From: Thermoproteota archaeon
GTDB lineage: Archaea > Thermoproteota > Thermoprotei_A > Sulfolobales > Ignisphaeraceae
Direction: 5' to 3'
Assembly (NCBI GenBank): GCA_030550585.1
Contig: JAUQPB010000001.1
Coordinates: 480,001 to 544,000, forward strand
DNA: 64,000 nucleotides
In this document: in pieces, positions 60,335 to 64,000 of the stretch
Numbering within the stretch: the first letter of the stretch is position 1
Layout: each line of letters begins with the position of its first letter
Position numbers and translations under genes: made by a program
Notes under the pieces: generated by a model
The model's database searches: none
Told to the model about the DNA's origin: nothing
The model's input: only the letters and a program-made list of their open reading frames with translations

Positions 60335-63300
60335 ATGAGTAGAGCTTTGGCATTGGGTATCAAGTTGCTGAGGATAGAGTATAGAAACGGACTTAACGAA
60401 ACGTGTAGATCTCTGAGTGAGAGAGATGGAGTTGTAGCTATATGTGGGAGAGATAGCAATGTTTCTTCCCAATTCAACGATCTTAAAAATGTTATGGAGA
60501 AGGAGATTGAATTCTTTAAGGAGTTCTTCAAGCAGTGCACAAAGTATGAAATGAGGTCATTTCAGGAGTACTGGAGCAAGAGGCTTCTATTTGGAGAATC
60601 CTTTGCGCTTGTAGCTCCTACAGGTGTTGGCAAATCAACTCTCTTAACTGTTTACGCCCTTTACAAGGCGTTGATGTACAATAGCAAAGTTTATATAGTT
60701 GCCCCAACGAGGGAAATAGCCAAGCAACTGTATAGAAAGATATTGGACTACATCAATAACCTTGATGAGCAAGGGTATAGCGCCAACAAAATAAGGCTAG
60801 TGCTATACGACTCAACAGCTAAAAACGTTAGCGCATTGAAGAACTCTATAATCAGCGGTGACTTCGATATACTCATAACCTCTGCAGCATTTCTTTCTAG
60901 GCACCACGAACTTATAATGGACAAGAAGATCGATGTTATTATAGCTGACGATCTAGACTCTATACTAAGAAACTCTAAAAGTGTTGACAGAATTCTTCGT
61001 CTTCTCGGATTCAACGATGAAGTAATAGAAATTGGGCTGAGGCTAGTCAAAACTAAGCAGAAGATGCTTGTAGCAAAGCTTTCTAAAAATCAGGAGGAGG
61101 CTGATAAGATTCGAAGGGATTTAGTAGAGATAGAAGCACAGCTTAGAGATAGGCTATCTAAAATCACAACCCAACTAATAGTTGCGTCAGCTACTGGAAG
61201 GTCCAGAGGGATAAAGGCTATTTTGTTAAAGGAGTTGCTAGGATTTGATGCAGGGGCTGTTTTTGAGTATCTGAGAAATGTTGATGACTTTTACATTGGT
61301 CTAGACAAAATTGAAGAGATTGTAAACATTATTAAGGTTTTTGGAAGTGGCATAATCTTCGTATCTAGCTTATACAAAAACATTGTAGATGAGATATCTA
61401 CGCTTTTAGAGAGAAATGGTATTGCATTTTCTATTGCGAAGAGCGGAAACAGAGCAGTAGACAAGTTTAGGAGAGGTGAAGTCGATGTTCTAATAGGTTC
61501 GTCGTCGTATTACGGAATACTTGTAAGAGGTCTTGACGAACCCCAGAGAATTAGATTTGCAATATTCATTGGCGTTCCACACACCATAAGAAGATTGGAG
61601 GAGGCGTTAAATAATGTGAGATTCATGTTTATACTACTCAAAGCTTTAAACAAATATGGATTAGGTGTAGAGGAGGATATTAAAAAAGTTGTAGAGATAA
61701 TCCAAGGATCTTCACCTGCTCAGCTAATTCTCTACTCAAAAATGTTAAAAGGTGTAGTAGAGCCTCAGCAAGATATTGTTGAAAGAATAAATACTTTGAG
61801 AGAGCTGAAGAAAAAACTTATCTTGTTAACAAAGGACGCTCTCGATAAACATAACTATATAGTGATAGAGAATTACGGAGTTGTTGTTCGTGATGACAAT
61901 AACCAGGTCTATGTTGTTAAGCCAGATCCCTTCACCTATATCCAGGCAAGTGGTAGAACCTCTAGGATAGTTGGGAAGACCAAGTGCTATGGCGTATCAA
62001 TTGTTTTCGAAAAATACGATGAGCTTATCAAAATTCTTGAGAAGAGGCTCAAGAAGCTCACTGTGTTTAATGGGTTTAGAGAGTATAGTAGAGAGGCTTT
62101 ACGCGAATCATATGAAAAGGTTATTCAAAGCAGAAGTGGGGATAGTCGGGATGTAGAAGGGATACAAGTTGAGAATATAAAGCCTGTTCTAATAGTTGTT
62201 GAGTCTCCAACAAAGGCAAGAACAATAGCGTCGATGTTTGGCAAGCCTGTCAAGAAGATATACGGCGATGTTATTGTCTATGAGACTGTGATTCCTATGG
62301 AGGACAAGGTATATGTGGCAATGATCATGGCAACGCTAGGCCATCTAACAGATCTTGTGGTTGATGAGGGGTTTCATGGTGTTAAGGAGATAGGGTCTAA
62401 AGACTATGCAGTCATATACGACTTTATAACAAAGTGTAGGAGTTGTGGCTCTCAACATGTGGGGATCTTTGATTCATGTCCTTATTGCGGCTCTATGGAT
62501 GTTTATACATCAGCTTCTGTATACAGTGTTTTAAGGAAGCTTGCATCAGAAGTTAGCTTAGTTTTCATAGCAACTGATCCTGATACAGAAGGCGAGAAAA
62601 TAGCATTTGACATCTACAATCTCATCTATAGTTATAACAAGAATGTGTATAGAATAGAATTTAGAGAGGTTACAAAAAACGCAATACTTACAGCTCTTCG
62701 AAACCCAAGAGAAATAGATTTGAATAGGGTTCTAGCCCAAATCACTAGGAGAGTAGCTGATAGGTGGATTGGATTCGAGATTAGCATGTATCTTCAGACA
62801 GTATTCGATAAGCCGTGGCTTGGCGCTGGCAGGGTTCAATCACCTGTGCTTCTATGGACAGTCAGCAGATATAATGAGCATAAAGCGAATCAAGGCTATT
62901 CCATCAATGTGTCAGCTCTTGACTATGGATTCAAGGTGTTTTTAGGGCCTATAACTAGGTCCGAGGCAGAGGAAATTGCTGAGAAAATTCGTAGAAATGG
63001 TATTAGGGTTATCGATGTAAAGTACGAAGAGAAGGTGTTGAACCCTCAACCACCATTCACGACAGATACCCTGCTAGCCGAAGCAAATAGATTATATGGT
63101 TTCTCGGCATCGAAGACTATGACCCTTGCCCAAAACCTATTTGAGCTAGGTCTGATAACATATCACAGAACAGATTCTACAAGAGTCTCGGCAACAGGTA
63201 TTGCAATAGCTAAAGAAGCGCTAGAGAAACTGAAACTGGGTAATCTGTATACCCCCAGATCATGGGACAGAGATATAAAGGGTGAGGATGCTCATGAAGC

Positions 63301-64000
63301 CATAAGGCCTACAACATCGCAAAGTGCAGATGAAGTTGTAGAGGCCATTCTTCGTGGTGATATGGGTTTCATAACGAGAATCTCAAATGATCATCTGAAG
63401 TTGTATGACCTTATATACAGAAGATTCTTGGCAAGTCAAATGGCCCCTGCCAAGGTCTTGTACGCCACAATTGTTCTCGATCTAGATGGACGTAAATACA
63501 GCTTGTCTCTGCCTGTAGATATAATTGATCATGGGTTTACATATGTTTACCCAATTAAAATATACAAACAATTCAAGAATCTTAGTCAAGGCGCTATAGT
63601 GAGAATCGATGATGTTAAAGTTATGAAATCGTCTAGTGTATGGCTATACAGAGTCTCTGATCTAATAACAATGATGAAGAACCATGGGATCGGCAGACCA
63701 AGCACATATGCCAAGGCTATCGACAACAATGTGAGGCATGGTTATATTGTTCTAAGCAAGAAAAAGAAAGTTGCCATACCAACGAAACTGGGCATAGAGG
63801 TTGCTGAGATACTTTCAAAAGAATTTCTAGATCTCGTCGATATCGAGTTTACCAGAACCCTAGAGAAGCTTATTGATGATATTGAAAGGGGTGCTGTAGA
63901 TGTGGGTAGCGCGCTATCTCTCATTAAATCAAAAGTTGATATGATATCACCTAAAATTAGTGGGGTAATAACATCTCAACAAGCTGTATCATTAGCTATT
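60335..64000 (+). CDS. rgy: Reverse gyrase (no stop before window end; at least 1222 codons)
   Basis: Manual translation: APTGVGKST, ADDLD, SATG, YIQASGRTSR, IVVESPTKA, CRSC...CPYC, ATDPDTEGE, AGRVQSP, LITYHRTDS, GIGRPSTYA. Absent from the ORF track because it is truncated. Confidence 0.97.
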   Translation, partial: MSRALALGIKLLRIEYRNGLNETCRSLSERDGVVAICGRDSNVSSQFNDLKNVMEKEIEFFKEFFKQCTKYEMRSFQEYWSKRLLFGESFALVAPTGVGKSTLLTVYALYKALMYNSKVYIVAPTREIAKQLYRKILDYINNLDEQGYSANKIRLVLYDSTAKNVSALKNSIISGDFDILITSAAFLSRHHELIMDKKIDVIIADDLDSILRNSKSVDRILRLLGFNDEVIEIGLRLVKTKQKMLVAKLSKNQEEADKIRRDLVEIEAQLRDRLSKITTQLIVASATGRSRGIKAILLKELLGFDAGAVFEYLRNVDDFYIGLDKIEEIVNIIKVFGSGIIFVSSLYKNIVDEISTLLERNGIAFSIAKSGNRAVDKFRRGEVDVLIGSSSYYGILVRGLDEPQRIRFAIFIGVPHTIRRLEEALNNVRFMFILLKALNKYGLGVEEDIKKVVEIIQGSSPAQLILYSKMLKGVVEPQQDIVERINTLRELKKKLILLTKDALDKHNYIVIENYGVVVRDDNNQVYVVKPDPFTYIQASGRTSRIVGKTKCYGVSIVFEKYDELIKILEKRLKKLTVFNGFREYSREALRESYEKVIQSRSGDSRDVEGIQVENIKPVLIVVESPTKARTIASMFGKPVKKIYGDVIVYETVIPMEDKVYVAMIMATLGHLTDLVVDEGFHGVKEIGSKDYAVIYDFITKCRSCGSQHVGIFDSCPYCGSMDVYTSASVYSVLRKLASEVSLVFIATDPDTEGEKIAFDIYNLIYSYNKNVYRIEFREVTKNAILTALRNPREIDLNRVLAQITRRVADRWIGFEISMYLQTVFDKPWLGAGRVQSPVLLWTVSRYNEHKANQGYSINVSALDYGFKVFLGPITRSEAEEIAEKIRRNGIRVIDVKYEEKVLNPQPPFTTDTLLAEANRLYGFSASKTMTLAQNLFELGLITYHRTDSTRVSATGIAIAKEALEKLKLGNLYTPRSWDRDIKGEDAHEAIRPTTSQSADEVVEAILRGDMGFITRISNDHLKLYDLIYRRFLASQMAPAKVLYATIVLDLDGRKYSLSLPVDIIDHGFTYVYPIKIYKQFKNLSQGAIVRIDDVKVMKSSSVWLYRVSDLITMMKNHGIGRPSTYAKAIDNNVRHGYIVLSKKKKVAIPTKLGIEVAEILSKEFLDLVDIEFTRTLEKLIDDIERGAVDVGSALSLIKSKVDMISPKISGVITSQQAVSLAI

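Noticed and set aside
1-64000. CRISPR arrays, IS elements, integrases, inteins, tRNA introns
   Set aside because: None seen; genes have normal lengths and no regularly spaced repeats were detected by eye.

Overview
A 64-kb core-genome segment of a hyperthermophilic crenarchaeon. The unsplit RpoB, the 'eocyte' GELEAGMSPEG insert in EF-1alpha, S30e, the absence of EF-2 between rps7 and tuf, and reverse gyrase support this; a Desulfurococcales-like lineage is an inference. It carries RNA-modification genes (nop5, fibrillarin, gar1, trm1, trm11, rnz), TFB/TFE-beta, cdc6, a K+-independent-type membrane PPase, the rpoH-B-A'-A''/str cluster, a dipeptide/oligopeptide-type ABC transporter, the S13-rpoD-S2 cluster with isoprenoid genes, translation factors, alba and reverse gyrase (runs off the window), plus three intron-less CCA-encoding tRNAs. 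I found no CRISPR array, IS element, provirus or clearly new multi-gene system. The most interesting signals are small. (1) An unannotated box C/D sRNA whose D' guide is complementary to a tRNA-Val(UAC)-type anticodon loop and predicts wobble U34 methylation. (2) A degenerate mevalonate-kinase-like gene in the mvk slot. (3) An A-AAA-AAT slippery site that would supply the N-terminus of uppS by a -1 shift. (4) A box D/box C kink-turn-like motif over the nop5 start. (5) A GC-rich hairpin before reverse gyrase. (6) An EF-1alpha insertion at the opisthokont-insert site. (7) In-place single-gene inversions in a conserved superoperon. All family assignments come from motif recognition, not database searches.
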